In this document: positions 1-10,729 of the stretch, one piece after another
Layout of the letters: every line of letters begins with the position of its first letter
Position numbering within the stretch: position 1 is the stretch's first letter
Origin: the human T2T-CHM13v2.0 reference genome, Homo sapiens
Reading direction: 5' to 3' (one strand)
DNA: 64,000 nucleotides
Assembly (NCBI RefSeq): GCF_009914755.1
Contig: NC_060931.1
Program-made: the position numbers and the translations under genes
The notes under the pieces: model-generated
Seen by the model: only the letters and a program-made list of their open reading frames with translations
Database searches by the model: none
What the model was told of the DNA's origin: nothing

Positions 1-908
1 GGGCAGAGGGGCTGGGTCTTAAGGCAAAGACTTCCCATCTGGGGAATGCTGTCTCTGCCCCTGAGTCTTCCCAACAGAAATCACAGCATCTCAGGATGAG
101 TTCCTCTGAACTTGCTGAGAGGGAACCAATGGCCTGGCCTCGCCCAGTGTTGCCTCTGAGGTTGTGTGACGGTCACTTCACCTCTGAGAGGCTGGGAAAT
201 GCACTTGCCGGGCTGGCTGTGCTCAGCATGGTCTGTGTAGCATTGAGGTCCTTGTTTCTCACAGCCACCTCTTCCCCTCCCAGGCCTCAGCTGCAGCCTG
301 GGGAGGAGGGGCTGTTCTGACCACTGGGCTTTAGACCTCCAGCTGCAGGGGTGGGCAGTGGTGCTGGCCATATGTGCTCAGGAACTGACATTGCTTGTCC
401 CCCCTGAATCCCATCTCGCTGCCTCTTGATAGGAAGAGACAGGCACTGACAGAGGAAGCTGCTTCCATAAGGGACAGGTTTCCTGGTTTCAAGGCTCCTG
501 GCCATCACCCACACAGCCACCTGGCATGCTTGGCCATCTTGGCCAGGGCCTGCCAGCTTCTCCAGGTTTCCATGGAATCTGCCTGCTGCCCTGTCCATGA
601 GCCATTTCAAGCATCTCTGGGCCCTGCTGCACTTCTCCTCATCCTACCTGTGGCTGCTGCCTCCTCCCAGCTGGTAGGCCCAGTACCTTGGCTAGGTCTC
701 ACCCACCCAAGGAGAGGTCCTTGGCATGGGTCACCCTGTCTCACCTCCGGGTGTGTTGGCATTATCTGGAAACTTCCCAAGTTCCCACTGAACTTGACCT
801 GAGCTAGACTCCAGTTGCCGTCTCTCACTCCCCAGAGCCAGCCCTTCCTGCCACACTGAGGTCCCTGGCCTGCCATGCTGAGGCCCAGAGCTGCCCATTG
901 CCACTCAC

Positions 909-1002
909 CTCTCCACCTCAGCCCTCTGGCTTGGATTGGTGACAGCAGCGATGTACTGCATGATGTGCTTACTGGCTTCTGTCTTCCCTGCCCCACTCTC
1001 CC
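909..1002 (-). CDS. MYO1G: MYO1G coding exon 3 (P-loop GESGAGKT of the myosin motor domain)
   Basis: Minus-strand translation (G)[30 protein letters not shown](R); acceptor CAG at 1005-1003, donor GTGAGT from 908; 94 nt, phase consistent with exon 2. Exon 4 lies beyond the window start. Confidence 0.97.
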
Positions 1003-1207
1003 CTGCCGGAAAGACCAGAGTTGAGAGAATCAGCCAGGTTCGCTCTCTTAGCCCAGCTCCCTGTGCCCACTCACACCCCCAAGACTGGCAAGATGGGGTC
1101 CTAGGGCCCCCATCAGGACACAGGGCACAGGAGATGCTCTAATGGCCCTCCCAAATGTTCACAAATGAAGATGCCGAGGGTGGGGGCCCGGCGGCAGGGA
1201 CAGGTAC

Positions 1208-1416
1208 CTGAGATGACGATGCAGGTGTCCCTGGACCGGTGCTTCATTGCCTTGTAGGCGGCGTTGGCCACAGCATAGAGATGGGGTGGCCGCTCATAGA
1301 GCTCACGGCCCTGGTACCTGGCGATGGCCTCAGGCCCATACAGGGGCAGCTCCTGGTAGGGGTTCACGGACACCAGCACCTCACCGATGTAGGTGTAGAT
1401 GCGGCCCTTCTCGAAC
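1208..1416 (-). CDS. MYO1G: MYO1G coding exon 2
   Basis: Translates (R)[69 protein letters not shown](G), typical myosin-I head; acceptor TGTCCAG, donor GTACCT; 209 nt. Confidence 0.98.
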
Positions 1417-3211
1417 CTGGACACAGCAGGGGTAGGCCTCAGCACTCACAGGCTTACAGGCACCCACAGGCCTTTCGCCAGAGCCCATATCAGGGCCTGG
1501 CCCCAGTAGGCCAGCGCTCCCACCCTGACGGGCTGAGAGTGGAGAAGGAAGAAGGGGGCAGGTGTTGACCTTGCGTCTCCCTGGTGCCATCCTGGGTGAG
1601 CTGAGCCACTCAGAGACTGTCTCCATTGCGGCATAGAGTTTGGGGTCCACAGTGGTCTCCCCAGGGATCCCAAGGTCACTGGAAACATGACCACTCATTT
1701 TGCAAAGGAAACAGACTTGCCCAAGACTGCACTGGGTGCCGTGAGTCAGGGCTGGCTCCTGGGGTGAACCCCGCAGGGCAGATGGGGAGATGGGGTTGAG
1801 AAGTGACTGGGCTGGGAGGGGAAGGAGGGGCCTCCTCGGCTGTTTCCTGTCTCAAGGCCTGGGCGGGAACCCAGAGACAAAAGGGGACCCCACCCAGCCC
1901 CACCCAGATGACAGGGAGGGAGTTGATGTCGTTGTCTTTACACCCCCGACCCCCCAGCCTGTGGCCAGTGGCTGCTGCCTCTCCCCTGGTACAGCCTCAG
2001 ACTTCTTGACCCTTTCCTTCACAAACCTGGTCCCCAGTGGGGGTGGATGTCTGCCCTTCTCTTGACCTTTCTGCCCCTGGGAGGAGGACTGGCAGGCCTG
2101 CCCCTCAGACCCATCTCCCCTTGGTGTGTGGTACCCACCCTTCCCTGGATGGCCCTGTCTCCCGGCAGCCTGTCCTGGGTGGGCCTGTCCTGAGGTTCCT
2201 CTTTCTCCACCACCTCTGACATGGGTTTTCCTGGGCCTAGCTCCCATCCTCCTACAAGCTGGGGATGAGGGCACAAGTCACCCACGTCTCCAGGGCTCAG
2301 TGTTCTCCTCATCAAAATAGAGAGGACAATGTTTCATAAGCTCATTTTATAAGAATGAGGTAGAACAATGTGCACAAAGTGCTTAGCTCACGTCCTGGCT
2401 AGCCCTCCTCTTTGGGCCAGGCTCGTGGTCTCTTGCCTTCGGTGCTTAGTGGGGATCCTGGTCCCCAAGCTCTCCCCAGGGAGCTTCCGGAGTACACAGC
2501 GAGTGGCCTTCTGCCCCTCCCTGGGAGTCCTGGCAGGAAGCCCAGCTGCCTGTATGGCCACCCTACTGTGCCATGCCCCTACCTCCCGGGCTTCTCCCTG
2601 CCCTCCACCTGCCCTCCTTGATGGTAAATTGGGCTCCAATATCACTTCTACCAACTGTGTCCTGTGATACTCCATGTACCCCAGGAGAATGTCACCTCAA
2701 CTTGGTGGGAATGTTTGGACCCTAGGGTGGAGCCTGACTGCTTCATCTCAGTGTCCCCAGGGCTCAGGCCAGGCCCCATGGATGAGATGCATCGAGGGAG
2801 CATCAACAACTGGCTGGGAAGTGGCTGGAGGGAGGTGCCCCTGGTCCCTCCTGGAAAGATAGTGCCTGGTATGTATCTGTCCAAGAAGTGTCATGCCCTG
2901 GCCCCGTCGGGCAGGAAAGAAGGGGCAGAAGATGCCTGGACTGTGTGGGAGGCAGGGGTGGGTTGAGGTGGTGGGCAGCTCCGGTGCTGACTTGCCAGCC
3001 CTGACAGGAACAGTTGCCTCCTTGTCTGTTCCTGTCCCCTGGGGCCGTGCTTTGAGGCACTCATTTCAGCCCCATCTGGTCTGGGTGGGTGTGTGCCACT
3101 GCCCCCTCCCTTGGACAGCAGCGTGCCTTCCTCTTTCCCTCAGGTCTCTGCGAGGACGCAAGGTGGGAGACCCTGGAGGAGGGGAGCCACTGCCTCCTGC
3201 CCTGGGCCTAC

Positions 3212-3306
3212 CTGAGCTGCAGGTTCCTCATGAAGTCCTCCATGGTCACTTGGTCCAAAAGCACAAAGTCAGGTTTGCCATACTCAGGGCCTTCCTCGTC
3301 CTCCAT
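3212..3306 (-). CDS. MYO1G: MYO1G coding exon 1 (start codon)
   Basis: AGG-ATG-G Kozak; MEDEEGPEYGKPDFVLLDQVTMEDFMRNLQL+AG, 95 nt, donor GTAGGC; joins exon 2 in frame. Not in the ORF track (too short). Confidence 0.97.
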
Positions 3307-3720
3307 CCTGCCGGCTGGAAACACCTTGCCTCACCTTCCTGTGCCTGCTGGAAGGACAGTGAAGGAGAGGGGGAGGGAAGGCTAGGGGAGGCCCCACCGC
3401 CCCCGCCCTGCCCCACCAGCCTCCTCCAGTGCTGGTGTAAAGTAGGAAGTGGGTTCTAGTCCTGGGAGGGGCTGCCCTCCGCACTTGCCACTCCTTCCCC
3501 CTCGAGGTGCTCTAAACCCTGCTTCCTGTCCCTGCGCCCCACAAGGAGGCTGTGCCTAACGGTCTGACCCGTTTGCACGCCAGGGGCGAGGGGCCGGATG
3601 CTGGGTCCTCCCCGCTTTGGAGGGTTCTTCGCTGGCCTCCTTCGGAAGCTCCCCTCCACCCACAAGCAGGAGACAAGACTCCGTGGGTTGGCTTCCAACC
3701 CTGGCAGCACGTTAGAGTCA
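3307..3720 (-). promoter_or_regulatory. MYO1G: MYO1G 5'UTR and proximal promoter (TATA-less, ETS and GC-box motifs)
   Basis: GC box CCCCGCCC at 3401-3408, ETS-type AGGAAGT at 3444-3450 and further CTTCCT cores; position directly upstream of the ATG. Exact TSS cannot be read from sequence. Confidence 0.6.
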
Positions 3721-4494
3721 CTTGTGGGACTTTAAAGAAAGATTTTTTGACGTGATCTTGGTTACCTGGCTGTGTGTGTCTCTCAAGTCAGAACTGAACA
3801 CTAGATGCAATATACTGTATGTACATTGTACATTAATACAAAAATGAAAAAGGATCCTAATGCCCAGGCCTTTGGGGTGGGGGCAACAGCCTTCTTTGCA
3901 GTGTGAAGGCCACACTGGGGTGTAGACGAGCAAAGCTTCTTGTGTGACCTGCCAAGGGCCAGTGGTCCTAGCACTGCAATTCCCCACCCCAGCCACGGGG
4001 GAGGGACAGAGGACCCCAGAGCATCCTCTGCATGGGGCTGGCCTTCAGTGGGACCCCTGTGCCCCTAACTGTCCTCTGCCTTGTACTTGTGTCCAGCCGA
4101 TCCCCCATAAACTGCAGTGAGGACCAGGAACATGCCTGGAGCCCTGTGGCCTCATCTCAGAGCTGCTGTCCCTGCACTTTGAAGATGAGGCAGCGCATTT
4201 GGGGAGCGGCTGCATTTAGGGAGTGGCCAAAATCTCCAGACACTGCATTCCTGACACTTAGTGCTCCTGGAAGAAGTGGGAGGGGTGCAGTTCTCTTAGC
4301 TTCCAGGCAGACTGGAAAAAGTTCTTTTTCATCCCAGGACAGACTGGGGCAGGTCACACCCATCCTCTAGGAACACTGGGGCGATTCTCTCATCAAAGGT
4401 CAAATGGATGCAGTTCTCTCTCATCCTACAAATAGACTGGTGACATTTCTCTTTCACCCCTTCCCTCATACAGGGAGGTCAAAGGGCAGACTCC

Positions 4495-4927
4495 AGAATT
4501 CCCAAACTTCAGTCATTCATGTGCTGCCTTTGAGATTTGTTGTACTCATAAGCACTAGTGTAACTATTGTCTTTCAGTCATCCCATTTTTTAAACTTTGA
4601 AGTAATGGATAGGCAAGTTAAGTTTATTTTTTTCTTCGAATACCTTAAAGCAAATGCATTCCTGATAAAACTGAAAGTACTTATTCAAGTACCTAATAAA
4701 ACTGAGTCACGCACCACTGCAATAAGGGGCCACTGGCCTGAAAAATCCCCAAATTTGTAAGTGGGCAGCCTCTGGCTCCACCCTGGGCCAGACCTGGGGC
4801 TCCTCTTGGGCAAATTCAAAGTCAGTCCTTCGGAACTCTGACAAGTGTGGCCTCCTCCCCACCCCCAGGCTCTTGGGCTGGTGCTTTTGAAGGGTTTCCC
4901 AAACCTACACTCAAGTCTGGGAATTCT
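4495..4927. mobile_element. Old hAT-Charlie/MER5-like DNA transposon remnant with terminal inverted repeats
   Basis: AGAATTCCCAAACTT (4495-4509) and AAGTCTGGGAATTCT (4913-4927) are 14/15 reverse complements and resemble Charlie-type TIRs. Confidence 0.45.
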
Positions 4928-6290
4928 CACCCAGACTCTTGCCAGCTCATCTGTCTTTTCAAGTTTCACTTCCCCAACCCCCAGGGAGTCAAGCCAACCA
5001 GTGGAACCAAGATGGCTGTATTCCAGTAAAACGTTAAGGACACCGAAATCTGAACTTCGCAAACTTTTCATCTGTCACGTAATCATACTATTTTGGGTAT
5101 TTCCCCCACCACTAACCACTTAAAAATGTCAAGACCACTCTTAGCTCAGAGATTTGGCTGGTGGGAGGAGTTTGCCCGCCCTTGCTTTAGCTGCTGCTGG
5201 TTGCTGGGACCCTGGGCGTCCTTCCTTGGTAGTTTGCACAAATTTGCCATGCATTGCCTCATTTGATTCTCATGACACATGTAGGAGTTACTGTTATTTT
5301 CATTTTACATATATTAAAACCGAGGCTGAGATGACATCACTACAAAGGAAGTTCCCTCCTGGGTCAACAGACCTCTGGGCCCTTATAGCACTGAATTCAG
5401 TGGGTCCTACTCAAATCCCAGGGAAAAGTCGGTCAGTCAGAGTCACGGCCTGGTCCTCAGAAGGGAGGACAAATGGTAGCTCTATCTGCAGCTTCCCCAG
5501 GGCATGCTCCTTACAGGGTATGACTGGTAGAACAGGTAGATGAACAAAGGCAGAGGCTCCTAATGGAAGGACAGCAAGGAGGGGCCACCACCAACTCAAG
5601 CCTGGCAGGGGCTGAGGAAACCATCCTGGCCCCGGTGAGTTTCCCTCTCATTATCTCATCTGGATCAGTTTCACAATGCCTGCCTCCACCAGGGCTCCTA
5701 CGGCTGCACCTGCAGGTCCCTTGCCCTCACCCTCCTCGTTGCAACCTTCAAATCCCAGGCTTGCTCTGTTGGTGCTGACCTTGCAGCAAATCCCCAGCCC
5801 CAGAAAAATGTCCCCTTTCAGGGGAGTTGCTTTTTCGGCTCTACACAACTGTACCATAACTTAGTATTTCTATTAAAAATTTTTTTTTTTTACCTCATCT
5901 GAGGTGATACCATTGGGCTAATTGTAGGGGAATGGCTCTACCTAGGGGTATACTCTCATAGGCCACAGGCCACACAGCTCAACTGAGCCTCCTGGAACTG
6001 AGAGTGGAGGCCTAGGAGGCGCTGCCACAAGGCCAGCTCCATTCCCCGCTCCATCCTTCTGGGAGGCTATCAGGAGTTACTGTCTCCTGGGATTTTTTTT
6101 CTAAGCAGGGATGTGAGACTTCCGGTTCGTACCCCACTCCCCCCATGGTATAGCTGCAGACTAGACAATCTGCTCAGCTGCAGTCTAGAATTGGCTCCTC
6201 AACAAGGGGAGATGCTGTGCCTCCTGTTGCAGGCCCCTTTGGGTGCTTTTCCATTCACTGTCAGTAGTAAATTGGATGTAAGTCACTGGA

Positions 6291-6878
6291 GGCTGGGTGT
6301 GGTGGCTCACGTCTATAATCCCAGCACTTTGGGAGACTGAGACAGGTGGATCACCTGAGGTCAGGGAGTTCGAGACCAGCCTGACCAACATGGTAAAACC
6401 CCACGTCTACCAAATATACAAAAATTAAGGCATGGTGGCATATGCCTGTAATCCCAGCTACTTAAGAGGCTGGGACAGGAGAATCGCTTGAACTCGGGAG
6501 GTGGAGGTTATGGTGAGCTATCATGCCACTGCACTCTAGCCTGGGCGACAGAGCAAGACTTCGTCTCAAAAAAAAAAAAAAAAAATGCTGGGCCTGGTGG
6601 CTCACGCCTGTAATGCTAGCACTTTGGGAGGCTGAGGTGGGTGTATCATGAGGTCAGGAGTTCCAAGACCACCCTGGCCAAGATGGTGAAACCCCGTCTC
6701 TACTAAAAATACAAAATTAGCTGGGCATGGTGGTGGGCGCCTGTAATCCTAGCTACTTGGGAGGCTGAGGCAGGAAAATCACTTCATCCGGGAGGCAGAC
6801 GTTGCAGTGAGCTGAGATCATGCCACTGCACTCCAGCCTGGATGACAGAGACTCCATCTCAAAAAAAAAAAAAAAAAA
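6291..6878 (+). mobile_element. Two tandem Alu elements sharing one outer target-site duplication
   Basis: Two Alu bodies with A tails; AAGTCACTGG flanks both ends (6280-6289 and 6877-6886). Confidence 0.9.
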
Positions 6879-7369
6879 GTCACTGGTACTTTAATGGCTC
6901 TATTTGTCAGGGCTTGGCCTGGCCTGCTGCAACATTCCTTGACAACATCCCCAATACCAACATGGGGCACATCACACATATTAAGGGTATTACTTCTGTA
7001 ACTTGCTTGAATGCTTAGGTGAATACCTAAGACTATCTGATGAGACAGAATGTCTTATCGAGCCAACCATCAAATGCTCCTGGAAGGTAAAGCTCCTGAT
7101 GACAGTGCCTTTGTGCACCATCACCTCACTGTAGAACTCAGCCAGTTGGCCTTGGCTTGTGAACTCTCACCACAGCTTGCCACTGTCAGTTGAAACTGGT
7201 GGCACATGCACATAAGATGATCAGAGTTCCAAGTGGCTATCTACAAGCATGAGCATTGAGAATGGTGAAATACTTGGGGATCCCTTGGACTTAGCTGACA
7301 ACTCCTTCAAGAAGACGCAGGGTCTTCCTATCTTTGCATCTGGCATATGTAAAAAACAGGCAAGACTAA

Positions 7370-7670
7370 ATCACATATTTAAATCCATATTTATTAAATA
7401 TCCCTTGTTTTTCATTCAGGAGATACCAGAAGGGCCCAGGTCCTGGTGCACAGCAAAGCTTCTCATTCTGGAAGCAGAGAACCTGGCACCCAAACCTAGG
7501 GCCAGAGGTCTGTCTGCCAGACCCACAGCCCAGGCCCAGAACTGGAAATTCCTGACTCCTTCCAGAAGGGCAACAAGCGAGGTTTCAAACTTGCTCAATT
7601 AAGGTGCCAAGGCTTGCATTCAAATTCAGCTCCACTCCTCACTAGGTGTATTAACACAGGCAGGCCTCAT
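7370..7670 (-). ncRNA. SNHG15: SNHG15 terminal exon
   Basis: Acceptor TTTCTCATCTCATTTTTACAG| at 7671; AATAAA at 7395-7390. Confidence 0.65.
7390..7395 (-). terminator. SNHG15 polyadenylation signal AATAAA
   Basis: TTTATT on plus strand followed (on minus) by GT/T-rich downstream sequence. Confidence 0.65.
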
Positions 7671-8186
7671 CTGTAAAAATGAGATGAGAAACACTTCAGA
7701 GACCTGTTGTGAAAATTAAGTGACATAATTGACACAACTAGGGATTATTACAAACCCCTGTTGCCATCGGTGGCAACAACAGAACTGAACCCTACTTACC
7801 AACTCCTGAACCCACTCCCACCATGAGCTGAGAGGCCTGTGACCAACCCCAGTGGCAGCCCATGCCCTTTCCAGGGGCTGAAACACTGGCCACTGACCTA
7901 AGGTAACTCCGGAGAAAAGACTATATATGTTGAAACCAAATCACAAAAGCAGTAAAATACCACCCTCAAGAATCAGGGTTCATGAGTCCAAACACTAGAC
8001 AACTGTTTGTCCCAAAATAGTATTGTGAGCTTGAAGACAATGAACCTTTCCGGGATTCAATCACCTGACTTACCATACGGGAAGGTCAAAATAAGGTGAC
8101 GGTTTTTGAACTTTTCCTTAGCCAGGTGACTCTAAATAAAACAGCAGTGAAGTGACTTGCCAGGTCAGACCTTCCTGCACACTTAC

Positions 8187-8411
8187 CCCTGCACAGGTTC
8201 CAAGGAACAGCCTGGCAGCCACTGAAGGTATCTTCTCTCAGGTCAGGTCCCCTCTAGCTCCAGCATCTAGGGATTGCTGCTGTAGAAACACTGACGGATG
8301 GCAGGCACTCTTGTGCCATGTGCTGGGTCAGGGACACAGAGTGAAGCCACTGGTGAGAGGTGGCTGTCAGGAACTGGCAGCTAACACGGTCGCCTCCCAG
8401 TTTCATGGACA
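8187..8411 (-). ncRNA. SNHG15: SNHG15 exon 4
   Basis: Acceptor ATTTTGTATTTTCTACCAG|; donor GGG|GTAAGT at 8187/8186 (further GTAAGT donors at 8073 and 7799). Confidence 0.65.
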
Positions 8412-8654
8412 CTGGTAGAAAATACAAAATTCCTCGATTAGGGACAAGGGACCACTGATTATTCAAAACAATAGCAATAGCCAGAGCATCAGCATTTTCC
8501 ACCACCCTCCCAAGCCCCAGTTCCCATAGGGGAGTCAGAGGCACCTGCATGAGCCATTGGACTACTACAAGAAAGGAGCGCAGGACTCTACCCTTTCACA
8601 ACGCACAGCAAGAATGCCTGCCCTCTGCTCTGGAAGAAGGTACTAACCTCTTAC

Positions 8655-8791
8655 CTTCCAAGGTGGTAGAACATGCTTGAAAAGATAGTAAGTGAAAAGG
8701 GGTAGCCAGTGCTTTACTCACAAGACTGCTTGAACATGAGACTCAAGGAGGGACCTCAGCAGGCCTGGGGTGTTCAGCAACTATTCCTGGC
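8655..8791 (-). ncRNA. SNHG15: SNHG15 exon 3 (two alternative donors)
   Basis: Acceptor TTCTGTCTTTTCAG|; donors CTT|GTGAGT (exon end 8722) and AAG|GTAAGA (exon end 8655). Confidence 0.75.
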
Positions 8792-9515
8792 CTGAAAAGA
8801 CAGAATCAGCTGAAAGCCTCTACCTTTAAGAGAGGTGACCCCACCACCCAGAGGAACACAGGAGCTGTGCTGCTCGTGCTATGCTCAAGCCAGCAACACT
8901 CTTCTCATCCCAGCCAGTCCTTTAACACACCTAACACCAAGACAAGAACTTGAAGGCATCCATCTCCTTCCCATCCAAACTTCCCACCGGCTTCTATATT
9001 CCACTCAGGATGCAGGGTTAGAGAGGCCTGGCATCAAACCCTGATCTGCTGGTTTGTGGCTGGGCAACCCTGGACACATAATTCTGACCTTGGGCCCCTC
9101 ATCTGTACTGAACTTAAAAACGACCTCATGATGATACCTCAAAGATTTAAAACAATTAAGAGGTCTGGCGCAAAATAGGTGTTCAACATTAGCACCTTCC
9201 TCTTCCATGAGTTTTTCCTTTAAGATGAGCACACATTGACCTCACCCTCCACTAGCTCCTGGGGCACTCAGCTCCTCTGCAGAACTGAGACTTTGGTTCT
9301 CTTTGCTTTGCCTTGTAAATATCCTATTCCATGAGTCTCTCAGGGCAGGACTCTTCCCTGTTATTCCTCTTCACTGTTTCAACTCCTACCCTTACCACCA
9401 CTCTTGGCTTCATCCTCAACTTTTATAAGACTTTTGCTTTAAGTGTATAATAAAATAAAATTTGTACTGAGCCTGGAGCACAGCAAACACTCAGGATTCC
9501 CTTCACCTTTCACAC

Positions 9516-9699
9516 CAGCATTGTCCAAAACAACTTCCACAGCGACAGAAATGCCCTCTAATCTGTGCGGTCCAATATGGTAGCCACTGGCCACCTGTGG
9601 CTACTGATCATCTGAAATGTGGCTAGTGTGAAAATGAAATAGAACTCCAAATTTAATTTAATCATGTGTGCCAAGTGGCTACCACATTAGATGGCACGG
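9516..9699. mobile_element. MER3-like hAT-Charlie DNA transposon
   Basis: Diagnostic TCCAATATGGTAGCCACTGGCCACCTGTGGCTACTG...AAATGTGGCTAGTGTG...GTGGCTACC motifs. Confidence 0.7.
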
Positions 9700-9742
9700 A
9701 TCTATACAAGGCCCAGGACACTAGATCCAGGAGGGAGGAAGT

Positions 9743-9875
9743 CATTGTCTGAAATTTCTATAACCTTGCTCTGGATGGAGCAGGGCAAGGCCTCAAACCG
9801 TTTCAAAACTGTTCTAGCAAGCACTGAAGGAATGCATAGGGTCACCGCAGACCCAAGCACGCTGGAGGCTTGCTA
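9743..9875 (-). ncRNA. SNORA9: SNORA9 (ACA9) H/ACA box snoRNA
   Basis: 133 nt TAGCAAGCCTCC...TTTCAGACAATG; 5' hairpin closed by TAGCAAGC/GCTTGCTA; H box AGAACA (9815-9810); ACA exactly 3 nt from the 3' end (9748-9746); intronic in SNHG15. Confidence 0.95.
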
Positions 9876-10385
9876 CCCTCATTCACCCAAATCCCCCACA
9901 CTCAAGGAATCTGGCAGTCCACTCTCACTAAGCACCAGTCCCTGCTGGGGGCTGTGGGAAGAGACCAGAGTTCAATTAGGCACCTGAGCTTGGTTCCAGG
10001 AGCCCAGAGCTACTAATGACTCTCAGGGAAAGATCCTTTCTGGCTGAGGAAGAAGGGAAGGTGTCTTGGAAGAGATAACCTTATTAAATTATTAAATAGA
10101 TCAGACAACACGAACTAAACTTCCACATTATTCTATGACACTACAATTCTAGCATGGCTTTTCACTGTGACCAGAAACATCCTTATCATCATGTAGTTAA
10201 TATAAATACTGCCTTTTCCCCTTCATTTTTTTCTCATGTATCTTACGGCTCAGAAATCACTTCTGAAGGAGTAAGTAGACCAGGCACATGAAGTAGATTT
10301 CATTTTCCCCATGAAATAATGGTTCAGAGAAAACGCAGGCCTAGTTCCAGGAAGGCAGAGTTGGGGTCTCTGCAACGTGATTTAC

Positions 10386-10462
10386 CGGGGCATCTTGCAA
10401 AGGAGTTGCTGTGACAGTAAGCTCTTCCACTTTGAGACCGTCACCTCAGCCACGGCTCCCAC
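10386..10462 (-). ncRNA. SNHG15: SNHG15 exon 2
   Basis: Acceptor TTTGTTCCCTTCTAG| and donor CCG|GTAAAT. Confidence 0.85.
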
Positions 10463-10729
10463 CTAGAAGGGAACAAATGCAGTTACCTCCAAACGCAGTT
10501 AGCTTCAGCTTGTGCCTCTGAACCATTATCCAGCTCTAGCTCCTTGCAACGCCTGGCCCACTCTACAGCCTCTCTTGCGGCAGGTCTACACGCCACCCCA
10601 TGCCTTCCGGTGAGGTCCCTCCTGACCACACGTCCCATCCCACCTACTGGGGTCCACCCAGGTCATGCAGAAGCCCCACTTCTCGGCTGAAAGAGAAGCA
10701 CGAGGTTACTCATCAAGTAATCCCCGAGT

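Noticed and set aside
1113-1445. ORF-track start and end for the MYO1G fragment
   Set aside because: Only 1208-1416 is exonic; the rest is intron read-through.
2893-3459. 188-aa plus-strand ORF overlapping MYO1G exon 1
   Set aside because: Antisense shadow in GC-rich sequence, no domain similarity or splice support.
8412-8654. Possible second snoRNA in other SNHG15 introns
   Set aside because: No convincing hairpin-H-hairpin-ACA or C/D arrangement seen by eye; an Infernal/Rfam scan would be decisive.
8779-8790. PGIV shared by the SNHG15 micro-ORF and the start of CCM2 exon 2
   Set aside because: Four-residue match with differing codons and no flanking similarity; chance.
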